A stretch of DNA of 64,000 nt, from assembly GCA_944392845.1 (NCBI GenBank), contig CALXYE010000132.1, positions 725-64,724 of the forward strand, given 5' to 3'. Below, piece by piece: positions 50,472 through 63,016 of the stretch (its first letter is position 1; each line of letters begins with the position of its first letter). The position numbers and the translations under genes were made by a program. Below the pieces are notes generated by a model. The model was not told the DNA's origin, made no database searches, and was given only the letters and a program-made list of their open reading frames with translations. The DNA comes from an uncultured Alphaproteobacteria bacterium. GTDB lineage: Bacteria; Pseudomonadota; Alphaproteobacteria; CAAGCB01; CAG-977.

Positions 50472-50499
50472 AACCAAAAAAACAAAAGGACGTTCGGAA

Positions 50500-50910
50500 A
50501 TGAAAAAATTTCTTTTTTCGGCTTTGTTAGCCGTTTCTTTGTCAGCATGCGCATCTTTGACAAGGATGGAAGAAAACCAACTCAGGGAATTGAAAACTTA
50601 CGGTATCAGCGTTGATAAACCGACGGGATATTGGGAAAAACCCGCAAGCCCGTTAGCAGCGGGAATGTTGAACCTTCTGCCCGGGGTCGGGAATTTTTAT
50701 CTGGGAGTGGGCAACGGTTCCGACGGAGCGCAGGTTCTGTACGGATTTTTAAACCTGTTGTTTTGGCCCGCATCCATATTATGGGGGATTCCCGAAGCCG
50801 CGATAGATGCCGGTACGATCAATGAGCGCGAGCTGTTATACTACTACGCTTATGATCCGAACGGCAAACGCGAACTTGAAGAAGCTCGGAAAAAATTCGG
50901 GAAAAAATAA
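50500..50910 (+). CDS. Lipoprotein with TM2-like Gly-rich domain
   Basis: Lipobox LSAC and RBS AAGGA. LLPGVGNFYLGVGNGSDG ... LLFWPASILWGI resembles the TM2 domain. Confidence 0.5.
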   Translation: MKKFLFSALLAVSLSACASLTRMEENQLRELKTYGISVDKPTGYWEKPASPLAAGMLNLLPGVGNFYLGVGNGSDGAQVLYGFLNLLFWPASILWGIPEAAIDAGTINERELLYYYAYDPNGKRELEEARKKFGKK

Positions 50911-51100
50911 CGAAAAGCGCGGCGGATTTTTACGCTTATAAAAAACCGTCGCGCAGAAAAAAGCGGAGACGGAGGGCGCGCTTTGAGCCGTCGGCGTTTC
51001 GGAAGCGTCGGCATATTGCAACCGCGTCGTCGGCAACGCTCTTTTATCAATGTGCCTTTCTCTTCCGCTCTTTCCCGTTTCGGCATGAACGGAGAGGGCA

Positions 51101-51583
51101 TCATTCATATATTTCGTCGGGATAAACGCCCCAAAGGATTTTCTTGGGAAGCCAGCCCTCGAAACCTTGTAAGTCAACTTTGCAAAAATTAACGTGATCG
51201 GGACACATTTCCAACTTTCCGATGACTCCCGCTTCCGCTTTGGCAACGGGCAGAGCTCCTTTTGCGGGGGCGCGCAACAGCAGGGCATCTTCGTTCAGAC
51301 GGATCGTTCGGCGTCCCGACAGCATATGCTGATGCACCCATCCTTCTTTGCCGTCCCAATCCTTGATGCGCCGCCAGTTTTCAAATTCTGCCGTGATTTC
51401 GACGGGCAGATCGCTTTTCATATAGACCCATTCAACGGGATAACGCATTCCCGGCCCCGTACGCAGGTTAATCTGGTTTGAGCGCAACGATACGAAGCGC
51501 GGAATCGGCAATCCCGTAACGTCTGCCGCGCACGGACGGGAAAAAAGGGTTAAAAGCGTTACAAAAAACGGCCAAAACTTCAT
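51101..51583 (-). CDS. Secreted bacterial SH3-domain protein
   Basis: Signal peptide MKFWPFFVTLLTLFSRPCAA. SH3b-like RTGPGMRYPVEWVY ... GWV segment. Start set at an internal ATG 1 nt after the dut stop. Confidence 0.55.
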   Translation of the reverse strand: MKFWPFFVTLLTLFSRPCAADVTGLPIPRFVSLRSNQINLRTGPGMRYPVEWVYMKSDLPVEITAEFENWRRIKDWDGKEGWVHQHMLSGRRTIRLNEDALLLRAPAKGALPVAKAEAGVIGKLEMCPDHVNFCKVDLQGFEGWLPKKILWGVYPDEIYE

Positions 51584-51584
51584 T

Positions 51585-52034
51585 TTAAACTCCGGTAGAC
51601 CCGAAACCGCCCGCGCCTCTTTGCGTCGCGTCCAAAGCCGAAACTTCCTTCCAATCAACGCGTACGACGGGGGCAATGACCATCTGGGCAATCTTCATGC
51701 CGCGTTTTAAAACGAATATTTTGTTACTTGAGTTATATAAAATGACGGATATTTCTCCGCGATAATCGGCGTCTATCGTACCCGGAGAGTTTAGAACGAA
51801 TACGCCGTCTCTGGCGGCAAGCCCCGATCGGGAACGGATTTGGGCTTCCAGTTCCGCGGGCAGGGATATGGCGAAGCCCGTCGGAATGACTTCGTGTTCG
51901 TGAGGGGCGATTCGCAACGTTGAAGGAATCGCCGCGCAAAGATCCATTCCCGAAGACAGCGGAGTCGCATAAGAGGGGAGCGGAAGTCCGTGGCCGCTTG
52001 GCAGCCGAACGAGGGGGAAAACGGGTCTTTGCAT
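51585..52034 (-). CDS. dut: dUTP diphosphatase
   Basis: SGLAARDGVFVLNSPGTIDADYRGE dUTPase motifs. 149 aa. Confidence 0.9.
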   Translation of the reverse strand: MQRPVFPLVRLPSGHGLPLPSYATPLSSGMDLCAAIPSTLRIAPHEHEVIPTGFAISLPAELEAQIRSRSGLAARDGVFVLNSPGTIDADYRGEISVILYNSSNKIFVLKRGMKIAQMVIAPVVRVDWKEVSALDATQRGAGGFGSTGV

Positions 52035-52141
52035 ATTCGGATTCCTTTCTTTTCTGGCTTTTTGTGCGAATATAGCTTATAACAATATAAGAGAAAATTC
52101 TTAAATAAGTCTTGATCGTCGGAAACGAAGGTTTCGTATTG

Positions 52142-52693
52142 ATGCGGAAATGTTTTTTGGTTTTCTTGATCGCCGGTTTTATGCCTTGCTCCGCGCATTC
52201 GTTCGGATTGACGGCCGATCAGATGTACAGGAACCTTTTAACGACGGAAAACCGCGGCATTTTGCCTTCATATTACGCCCGTTCTCCCAAACGGGAACCC
52301 GAAACACACTTGGTCTTTAAAAAGGTTGAATCCGTTCCCGAAAAGATATGGTCGGAAAAACACGGTACTTTTCCCGATCCGAAAGACGCCGATATTTTTT
52401 CGACGGATCGCGGCGAAGATTGGAAAGAGGTTGTTAAATCGGTCAAAAGCGGACATACGACGCCGTTTGATTTGGAAACGATCCGCCGCCGCAGCGAAGC
52501 CGACGATGCCGAAGCCGTTGAGCTTTTGGCTTGGATGTACGCGACGGGCAAAGGCGTCCGTCAAAACTTAACGAAGTCTTGGACGTATTATTTACAGGCG
52601 GCGCATTTGGGCGTTCCTTCCGCGGCGGATAATGCGCGCGCCGTTTATAAAGCGATGAACGCCGCCCAACGGGCGCAACTTCCCGCCATTTAA
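52142..52693 (+). CDS. Secreted Sel1-like repeat protein
   Basis: Signal peptide, then Sel1/TPR-like repeat (AVELLAWMYATGKGVRQNLTKSWTYYLQAAHLG). Confidence 0.55.
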   Translation: MRKCFLVFLIAGFMPCSAHSFGLTADQMYRNLLTTENRGILPSYYARSPKREPETHLVFKKVESVPEKIWSEKHGTFPDPKDADIFSTDRGEDWKEVVKSVKSGHTTPFDLETIRRRSEADDAEAVELLAWMYATGKGVRQNLTKSWTYYLQAAHLGVPSAADNARAVYKAMNAAQRAQLPAI

Positions 52694-54015
52694 AACAGGA
52701 CGATCGCTGCCGTCAAAAATCCCAAAGCCAACAGGGGGATCAGAACGTTTGCGCCGATTCCCGACGGTCGGGAACGAAAACGATACCCCGCTTCCGCGCG
52801 TTTGATCATTTCGGGAATCAATTTTTTATTTTTGACGAAGTTCGTCATTTTCTTTCCCTGAACGCGGCGGGTCAGAGCATAAGTTTCGGGCATTTCCGCT
52901 CCCTTGTCCAAAAAATCGGCGGGAGAGGAAAATTCGCCCTTCGGTTCGACGCCGATCCATTCTTTGAAACTTTCGGCGGCCTCAAACCACAATCCGCTTT
53001 TAACGTTCAGCGTTTCTTCGGCAAAGGTTTTGAACGAGCTCAAGGAAAAGCGCAGCAAAAAGAACGAAGGCGGCAGAGAAACTCCCGCTTTGCCCAATTC
53101 TTTGAAAACGGTTTCGGCACGGGAGAAGGCATCCGTGTCTTTTCGACGAATGCTTTCCAACGATTTTGTCAGCTCCGACATCGGAAAATACGGCGGCAGC
53201 GTTTTGTTTTTGAATAAAAGTTTCGCGGCTTCAAGGAAGTTTTCCTTTTCAAACGCCGCGATGAAGCCGTTTAAAAAACGCCGCTCCGTCAAGGACAGAA
53301 CAATGAAGCGCGAACATTTTTTTAAGAAAATTTCTCCGTTTTCCGTGAGGAACCATTCGTTCGGATCAAATACGGGAAAAGCGCCGTCGCGAAAAATGCA
53401 AAGCGTCAGAATGTCCGCCAGTGTCCGCGCCGTTTTTTCGCCGGCCCGAAAAAGAAGGCGCAAAGGCGGGAGCGGTTCCAAAACCAGACGGTTTTCTTTC
53501 GTCTTCATCCAATCGGGCGAGGCGATTTGCAGGCGTTCGTCTTCGTAAAACGCATCTTTAAGGCGTTCCAGGGCGGCGCCTTCGAACCTCAGGTCAAAGA
53601 CGGAAGAGGCGAAACGCTCGTAATTTTCGACGAACGAAGAGGCTTCGGTGTTTTTATTCTTTTTATCAAGGCGCCGCGCGACGGCATAAAGCTCTTTCAA
53701 CAAACCGATATGAGCGGCGCCGATTCCGTCGGGCAGTTCCTCCGTCGCCAAAGACGGATCGTTTTCGCGGGGCAGCAAGAAAAACTTTCGCGCCGCGTCG
53801 CAAACGGCGCTTCCGAAAAGTTCGGGAAAAGCGGCGGCGTATTCCGCAAACACGGTTTCCGCAGGAGAAAGCGCTTCAAAAAAGGCAAAAGCCCGCTTGT
53901 CGCTTCCGTTCGTTTCGGAAAGGAAAAAATCAAAACGGCCGCACAAGGCGGCTTCGGCCGCTTTTTTCGCGGCGGGCGAAAGGTTCTTAGAACCGAAAAA
54001 CGAATCGAATGGCAT
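52690..54015 (-). CDS. Tail-anchored hypothetical protein (441 aa, single C-terminal TM helix)
   Basis: Long ORF with coding-like periodicity. No recognisable domain. C-terminal IGANVLIPLLALGFLTAAIVLF. Confidence 0.5.
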   Translation of the reverse strand: MPFDSFFGSKNLSPAAKKAAEAALCGRFDFFLSETNGSDKRAFAFFEALSPAETVFAEYAAAFPELFGSAVCDAARKFFLLPRENDPSLATEELPDGIGAAHIGLLKELYAVARRLDKKNKNTEASSFVENYERFASSVFDLRFEGAALERLKDAFYEDERLQIASPDWMKTKENRLVLEPLPPLRLLFRAGEKTARTLADILTLCIFRDGAFPVFDPNEWFLTENGEIFLKKCSRFIVLSLTERRFLNGFIAAFEKENFLEAAKLLFKNKTLPPYFPMSELTKSLESIRRKDTDAFSRAETVFKELGKAGVSLPPSFFLLRFSLSSFKTFAEETLNVKSGLWFEAAESFKEWIGVEPKGEFSSPADFLDKGAEMPETYALTRRVQGKKMTNFVKNKKLIPEMIKRAEAGYRFRSRPSGIGANVLIPLLALGFLTAAIVLF

Positions 54016-54091
54016 ATAAATTTTCCCGTTTGGAAGTTTATCATAGCATTTTTATGGTGAGAAGCGCCTAAAAATGATGTAAAAACAAAAT

Positions 54092-54475
54092 ATGAAAAAA
54101 ATATGTCCGATATTTTTGTTTTTGGCGTTTTGCGCTTTTTCCTTTGCCGTTCGCGCGGAAAAGGCCGAGTTCGTTTCGGGATTTGAAGACCTGCCCTTAA
54201 TGCCGGGGTTGGTCGAACACGACGACACGGGCGTTTCCTTCGATACGCCGGGGGGCAGAATCATTGAAGCCTATGCCGAAACGTCGCGCCTGTCGGAAAA
54301 GGATATTTTCGCCTTCTACGCCAAAACGCTGCCCCAACTGGGATGGAAGCCGAAAACGAAAAGCGGAACATCCGGCGCGCATGAAAGATACGGCCGCGAC
54401 GGTGAGATTTTGGATATTTCGGTTGAAAACGGATCGCCCGTTATCGTTCGCTTTGAACTGACGACCGAGGGATAA
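54092..54475 (+). CDS. Small secreted protein, unknown function
   Basis: Signal peptide MKKICPIFLFLAFCAFSFAVRA. Lies 16 nt upstream of the crotonase gene (operon). Confidence 0.45.
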   Translation: MKKICPIFLFLAFCAFSFAVRAEKAEFVSGFEDLPLMPGLVEHDDTGVSFDTPGGRIIEAYAETSRLSEKDIFAFYAKTLPQLGWKPKTKSGTSGAHERYGRDGEILDISVENGSPVIVRFELTTEG

Positions 54476-54490
54476 CAGGAGGGGAAAACA

Positions 54491-55258
54491 ATGAGTTTTG
54501 AAACGATCACGGTAGAAACAAACGGTTCCGTCGCCGTTGTCGGGCTGAACAGGCCGTCGTCCATGAACGCCGTTTGCGCGGCGATGTTGTACGATCTGGC
54601 GGAAGCGTTCGGGCAGCTGGATAAGGAAGATACCGTGCGCGCGATCGTTTTGAAGGGCGGCGATTCTTTCTTTGCCGCGGGAACGGATATGTCGGAGTTT
54701 TCCGAAAAGGAAAGCGCCGAATTGGTCGGGGAAGGCCTTTACGGCCGTGCTGCGGAACGCATTGCGTCGTGCCGCAAACCCGTCGTGGCCGCCGTATCGG
54801 GGTATGCTTTCGGCGGCGGTTTGGAGCTTGTTTTGATGAGCGATATCGTCATCGCCGCCGACAACGCGCGTTTCGGATTCCCCGAAATGACTTTGGGCGT
54901 GCTGCCTCAGATGGGCGGCGTATCTTTGCTGGCGGAACGCGTCGGACGCGCCCGCGCGGCGGACATGGTTTTAACGGGACGCCATATTTCCGCCGACGAA
55001 GCGTTGGCTTGCGGCATCGTTTCCAGAATCGCCGATTCCGCCGAGGTCGTTCGCGAAGCTTTGGCCGTTGCGGAACGCGTCGCTTCAATGCCCGCGGCGG
55101 GAGTTATGCTTGCCAAACGCGCCGTTTGCGCCGCTTCGCACGCCGATGCGGCGAAGAACGAGGAAACGCTGGCCCGTTTGTCGCTGATGTCCGCCGACGC
55201 TCGCGAAGGGCTGACGGCTTTGGTCGAAAAACGCGCGCCCCGTTTTAAACATAAGTAG
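54491..55258 (+). CDS. Enoyl-CoA hydratase/isomerase (crotonase) family protein
   Basis: AVSGYAFGGGLELVLMSD oxyanion-hole region. 255 aa. Confidence 0.85.
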   Translation: MSFETITVETNGSVAVVGLNRPSSMNAVCAAMLYDLAEAFGQLDKEDTVRAIVLKGGDSFFAAGTDMSEFSEKESAELVGEGLYGRAAERIASCRKPVVAAVSGYAFGGGLELVLMSDIVIAADNARFGFPEMTLGVLPQMGGVSLLAERVGRARAADMVLTGRHISADEALACGIVSRIADSAEVVREALAVAERVASMPAAGVMLAKRAVCAASHADAAKNEETLARLSLMSADAREGLTALVEKRAPRFKHK

Positions 55259-55335
55259 TTTAATTGCTTGACGCGGGGGCGGCTTTATTATATAAAGCGG
55301 GTCTCGGTTCTATGAAAGAAGCAGGATTATAGGAA

Positions 55336-55599
55336 ATGGCTAACCATCTTTCGTCAAAAAAACGTATCCGCCGCAATGCGCGCCGCGCCGTTATCAACGC
55401 TACCCGCATGAGCCGCGTTCGTACGTTCGTTAAAAAAGCGGAAGCCGCGATCTCCGCCGGGGATCAGGCTGTTGCGAAGGAAGCTTTCCGGACGGCTGAG
55501 TCTGAAATCATGCGCGCCGTGTCTAAGGGCACGATGCACATGAACACGGCGGCCCGTAAGGTTTCCCGCCTGTCTGCCCGCGTCAAGGCGATGGCATAA
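55336..55599 (+). CDS. rpsT: 30S ribosomal protein S20
   Basis: [18 protein letters not shown]-terminus. 87 aa. Conserved rpsT-dnaA synteny. Confidence 0.95.
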   Translation: MANHLSSKKRIRRNARRAVINATRMSRVRTFVKKAEAAISAGDQAVAKEAFRTAESEIMRAVSKGTMHMNTAARKVSRLSARVKAMA

Positions 55600-55904
55600 G
55601 GGCTTCGGCTTTACGGTTCTTTCGTCGAACAGGCCGGCGCGCGGCGCGCGACGGGGACGTTTCGGCGAAAGGGCTCGAATTTCAAAAGCGGGGCGGATAA
55701 AGTATCCGCCGCCGCTGTTTTTATATTTGTTCTTTATTTTACCCGCCGTTTTTGCGAAACGGATACTATATCTTGAGTCAAGTTTTTTTATTCGCGTTTC
55801 GGCGTTTTGTTCTGTTGCGTTTCGGTAAACGGGACAGTAGTATCACGGCAAAGAATCGGGGCAGGGAGATTCTTTTTTCGGCTTAACGGAGATCCTTTTG
55901 CGCA

Positions 55905-57299
55905 ATGACGGAAAATGAATTTGAACAATTGACGGCGGAATGGCGGTCAGTCTGTAGCGACCTGCGCCGAAAGTTGGGCGATTCCGCTTTTGAAAGCTGG
56001 CTGGAACCGATGACTCCCGGCGCTCTGAAAGACGGGACGCTGTGTCTGTTTCTGCCGACCCGTTTCATGAGGGATTACATTGTCCGCCATTTTGCCGACG
56101 AAGTTACGGATTCGTGGCTGGAAAATTCAAAGCTCGTCAAGGCGCTGTCCTTTGAAGTCGGCGTCGGCCGTTCTTTCGCTTCCGCCGTCGAGGCGGAAAC
56201 TCCCGCCGCCGCTCCCGCGACGCCTTCGGTTCTTTTGGACGGAACGTCCGCGCCCGAAGCTTCGGAAACGGCGGATAACTTGTCCGCGCCGCTTGATCCC
56301 CGTTTTACCTTTGATAAATTCGTCGTCGGGAAACCGAACGAATACGCCTATGCTTTGGCGCGGCGCGTTGCCGAAAGCGACGTACCGCCGTTCAACCCGC
56401 TTTATCTGTATTCGGGCGTGGGATTGGGCAAAACGCACCTGATGCATTCGATCGCATGGTACATCCGCGCGCATAATCCTTCGCGCCGCGTCGTTTACAT
56501 GCCTTCCGAAAAGTTTATGTTCAGCTTCGTGCGCGCCATTCGGGCGAAGGATACCTTTTCCTTTAAGGAACAGCTTCGTTCCGTTGACGTTTTGATGATT
56601 GACGACGTTCAGTTTTTGATCGGCAAGGAAAGTACGCAGGAAGAGTTTTTTCATACCTTTAATGCGCTGATTGACGAGGGAAAACAAATCGTTTTGTCGG
56701 CGGATCAGCCTCCCGTTAATCTGGAGCGGGCGGAAAGCCGGCTGAAAACAAGGCTGGCATCCGGAATTGTCGCGGATATCCATCCGACGACGTACGAGCT
56801 GCGTTTGGGGATATTGGAAAGTAAATCCGAGGCTTTGGGCGTTTTTGTGCCTCAGGAGGTTATGGAGTTTTTGGCGGAAAAGATGACCTCCAGCGTTCGC
56901 GAGTTGGAAGGTTCTTTGATTCGCGTCGTATCGCATGTGCAGCTGATGGGCGGGGCGGTTACCCTGGAGCGTACGCGCGAGGTTTTGCGCGACGTGCTGA
57001 GTGTCGTTGACCGCCGCGTTACCATTGAGGAAATCCAGCAAAAAGTCGCCGAGCGTTACGGGATTCGCGTTTCGGAAATGCAGTCGAAGCGCCGTGAAAG
57101 AACGGTCGCCCGTCCGCGCCAGATCGCCATGTATTTGGCAAAAGCGCTGACGCCCAGATCCCTGCCCGAAATCGGACGCAAGTTTGACCGCGACCATACG
57201 ACCGTAATCCATGCCGTGAAAAAGGTTGAGGAAATGATGGCGGAAGACGCTTCTTTCCGCGAAGAAGTCGAGGGCTTGCGCCGTTCCCTCTCTTTGTGA
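55905..57299 (+). CDS. dnaA: Chromosomal replication initiator DnaA
   Basis: AAA+ Walker A GVGLGKTHL and C-terminal DnaA-box-binding HTH (DHTTVIHA). Confidence 0.95.
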   Translation: MTENEFEQLTAEWRSVCSDLRRKLGDSAFESWLEPMTPGALKDGTLCLFLPTRFMRDYIVRHFADEVTDSWLENSKLVKALSFEVGVGRSFASAVEAETPAAAPATPSVLLDGTSAPEASETADNLSAPLDPRFTFDKFVVGKPNEYAYALARRVAESDVPPFNPLYLYSGVGLGKTHLMHSIAWYIRAHNPSRRVVYMPSEKFMFSFVRAIRAKDTFSFKEQLRSVDVLMIDDVQFLIGKESTQEEFFHTFNALIDEGKQIVLSADQPPVNLERAESRLKTRLASGIVADIHPTTYELRLGILESKSEALGVFVPQEVMEFLAEKMTSSVRELEGSLIRVVSHVQLMGGAVTLERTREVLRDVLSVVDRRVTIEEIQQKVAERYGIRVSEMQSKRRERTVARPRQIAMYLAKALTPRSLPEIGRKFDRDHTTVIHAVKKVEEMMAEDASFREEVEGLRRSLSL

Positions 57300-57386
57300 G
57301 CCCGCCTGCTTTCGGACAATGCGGCGACTCGTTGAAAACCTTTGGAATTTTATAAAAAAAACTTTACCCCGAAATCATATTTTTGT

Positions 57387-57414
57387 TTGGGAAAGAAGGG
57401 GCGTGTGGTATACT
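57387..57414 (+). promoter_or_regulatory. Putative dnaN promoter (TTGGGA-N16-TATACT)
   Basis: Hexamers seen in the dnaA-dnaN spacer, ~55 nt upstream of the dnaN ATG. Overlaps a GGGGCG ... CGCCCC hairpin. Confidence 0.35.
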
Positions 57415-57469
57415 CGCCCCGTCACGGCGGATGCCGTTTTTAACAGTTTTTTATTGAGCGGAAGGTCCT

Positions 57470-58585
57470 ATGAAATTTACGATTGAACGCGCTGCGTTGT
57501 TAAAGTCTTTGTCCCATGTTCAGAACGTGGTTGAGCGCCGCCACACCAACCCGTTGCTGTCCAACGTTAAGATTACCGCGAAAGATGACGGAATCACCCT
57601 GAATGCGACGGACAACGAACTGGAGATCAGCGAAAACACGCCTGCGAAGGTCGAAAAGGCGGGATCCGTCACGGCGTCCGCGCATAAGCTGTACGAGATC
57701 GTCCGCAAACTGCCCGAAGGGGCTCAGGTTGAATTTTCCCAGAATGCCGAACAGGGGCGTTTGAACGTTTCCGCGGGACGCGCCAAATTCGTTCTGGCGA
57801 CGATGCCCGGCGAAGACTTTCCGACGATCGCCGACGGCGAAATGACTCATAAGTTTACGTTGCCGGCGCAGGATATGCGCGACTTGATTGAGCGCACGTC
57901 CTTTGCCGTTTCCACGGATGAAACGCGCTATTATCTGAACGGGATCTATCTGCATGAAGCCGTTTCCAAGGAAGAAAAAATTTTGCGCGCCGTTGCGACG
58001 GACGGCCATCGTTTGGCGTGCGCCGAAGCGGCTTTGCCCGAAGGCGCGGCGGGGATGCCCGGCGTTATTGTTCCGCGCAAGGCGATCGGGGAGCTGAGCA
58101 AGCTGTTGGCGGAAGAAAGCGGCGATGTCAGGGTGGCTCTGTCAACGTACAAGATTCAGTTCATGTTTGGCGATCTGGTGCTGACGTCTTTGTTGATTGA
58201 AGGGACGTATCCCGATTATGAACGCGTCATTCCTTTGGAAAATGACAAGATACTGGAGGTCGAAGCGGCGGCGCTGATGGCGGCGGTTGACCGCGTTGCG
58301 GTTGTTTCCGAAAAATCGCGCGCCGTGCGTCTGAGCCTTTCCAAGGGGTTGGTGGTCGTTTCCTCCGCCAGCGCCGAAGAAGGCAGCGCAAGCGACGAAT
58401 TGGAAGCCAAATACGATTCCGAAAGCATCGACGTCGGGTTGAACTACGTTTATTTTCTGGATGTTTTGCGCCAGATCAAGGGCGGCTTGGCGCGCATCGC
58501 GTTTTTGGATTCGGCTGCGGCGATCGTTTTGACGGACATGTCCGATCCCGCGGTGTTGTTTGTTTTGATGCCGATGCGGGTGTAA
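57470..58585 (+). CDS. dnaN: DNA polymerase III beta sliding clamp
   Basis: 371 aa, three-domain clamp. MKFTIERAALLK start. Confidence 0.95.
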   Translation: MKFTIERAALLKSLSHVQNVVERRHTNPLLSNVKITAKDDGITLNATDNELEISENTPAKVEKAGSVTASAHKLYEIVRKLPEGAQVEFSQNAEQGRLNVSAGRAKFVLATMPGEDFPTIADGEMTHKFTLPAQDMRDLIERTSFAVSTDETRYYLNGIYLHEAVSKEEKILRAVATDGHRLACAEAALPEGAAGMPGVIVPRKAIGELSKLLAEESGDVRVALSTYKIQFMFGDLVLTSLLIEGTYPDYERVIPLENDKILEVEAAALMAAVDRVAVVSEKSRAVRLSLSKGLVVVSSASAEEGSASDELEAKYDSESIDVGLNYVYFLDVLRQIKGGLARIAFLDSAAAIVLTDMSDPAVLFVLMPMRV

Positions 58586-58610
58586 GACGATTATTACGGC
58601 GAACGAACTG

Positions 58611-62295
<3,685 letters not shown>

Positions 62296-62389
62296 TTCGC
62301 AAACGGAAGCGGGATTTTCGTTCGCGCCGCCGATTTATGAAAAAAGTTCTTGAAGTTCGTTTTAAAACGATATACAAGAACACCAAGTC

Positions 62390-62465
62390 GCCGCAGTAGC
62401 TCAGCTGGTAGAGCAACGCATTCGTAATGCGTGGGTCGGGAGTTCAAATCTCTCCTGCGGCACCA
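62390..62465 (+). tRNA. tRNA-Thr (anticodon CGU)
   Basis: Cloverleaf folded by hand. 7-bp acceptor GCCGCAG/CUGCGGC, D-arm GCUC/GAGC, anticodon stem ACGCA/UGCGU with loop UUCGUAA, T-arm GGGAG-UUCAAAU-CUCUC. CCA is encoded. Confidence 0.9.
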
Positions 62466-62466
62466 T

Positions 62467-62510
62467 TAAAAAGCCTTGTTTCTTTCGGGATTCAAGGCTT
62501 TTTTGGTTTT
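62467..62510 (+). terminator. Terminator after tRNA-Thr
   Basis: AAGCCUUG-14nt-CAAGGCUU followed by UUUUGGUUUU. Confidence 0.7.
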
Positions 62511-63016
62511 TAAGTCAAAATTCAACGGTTTGATTTTTTAAAAGCGTTTCGCGCTTATTTCGCGCGAAGGTCGCGTAAAAATTCGGGGCGTTTTACAGGG
62601 GCGAGCGCGATTCGTTCTTTCGTAAAAAAAGAAACGGGCGGATTTTTGAGTTTAAGTAATCTTTTTAGAGGGGATATCCGTTTTTTCGCGACGGACGGAA
62701 CCGCGTTCGGTTTTATCGCTTCCTTTATTGCTTCCGAAAAAGTGTCGCGCTGATTTTTTCCGTTTCGGTTTTTCGATTGCGCGTATTCGGGGGGCGGCCT
62801 TGTGCCTTTTTTGATTCGGTCTTCCGCGAGGCGCTTTTCGGAGCGAGTCGTTTTCTTTATCAGATATTCAAATCCCGTTTTTTCCCGTTTTTTCTTCTTT
62901 GAAGGGGGTTTTTGCGCTTATTTAAATATAAATTATACCTTTTATTATGATTTTGTTTATTTATTCCGAATACCCTGTAAAATAAGAAAAACATCTCTCG
63001 CGCACGGGTGAATGCC

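Noticed and set aside
49953-50500. Possible two-piece tmRNA (ssrA), 6S RNA or tRNA-like element in the long spacer
   Set aside because: No T-arm consensus (GGUUCGAnUCC), no tag-peptide reading frame ending ..AA-stop, and no 6S-like central bubble could be found by eye. The structure is instead consistent with an attenuator-type leader.
62802-63011. 69-aa ORF (MPFLIRSSARRF ...) between tRNA-Thr and the transporter gene
   Set aside because: It is a low-complexity, Phe/Tyr-rich translation of T-rich promoter DNA with no RBS. It overlaps the putative promoter of the transporter gene.
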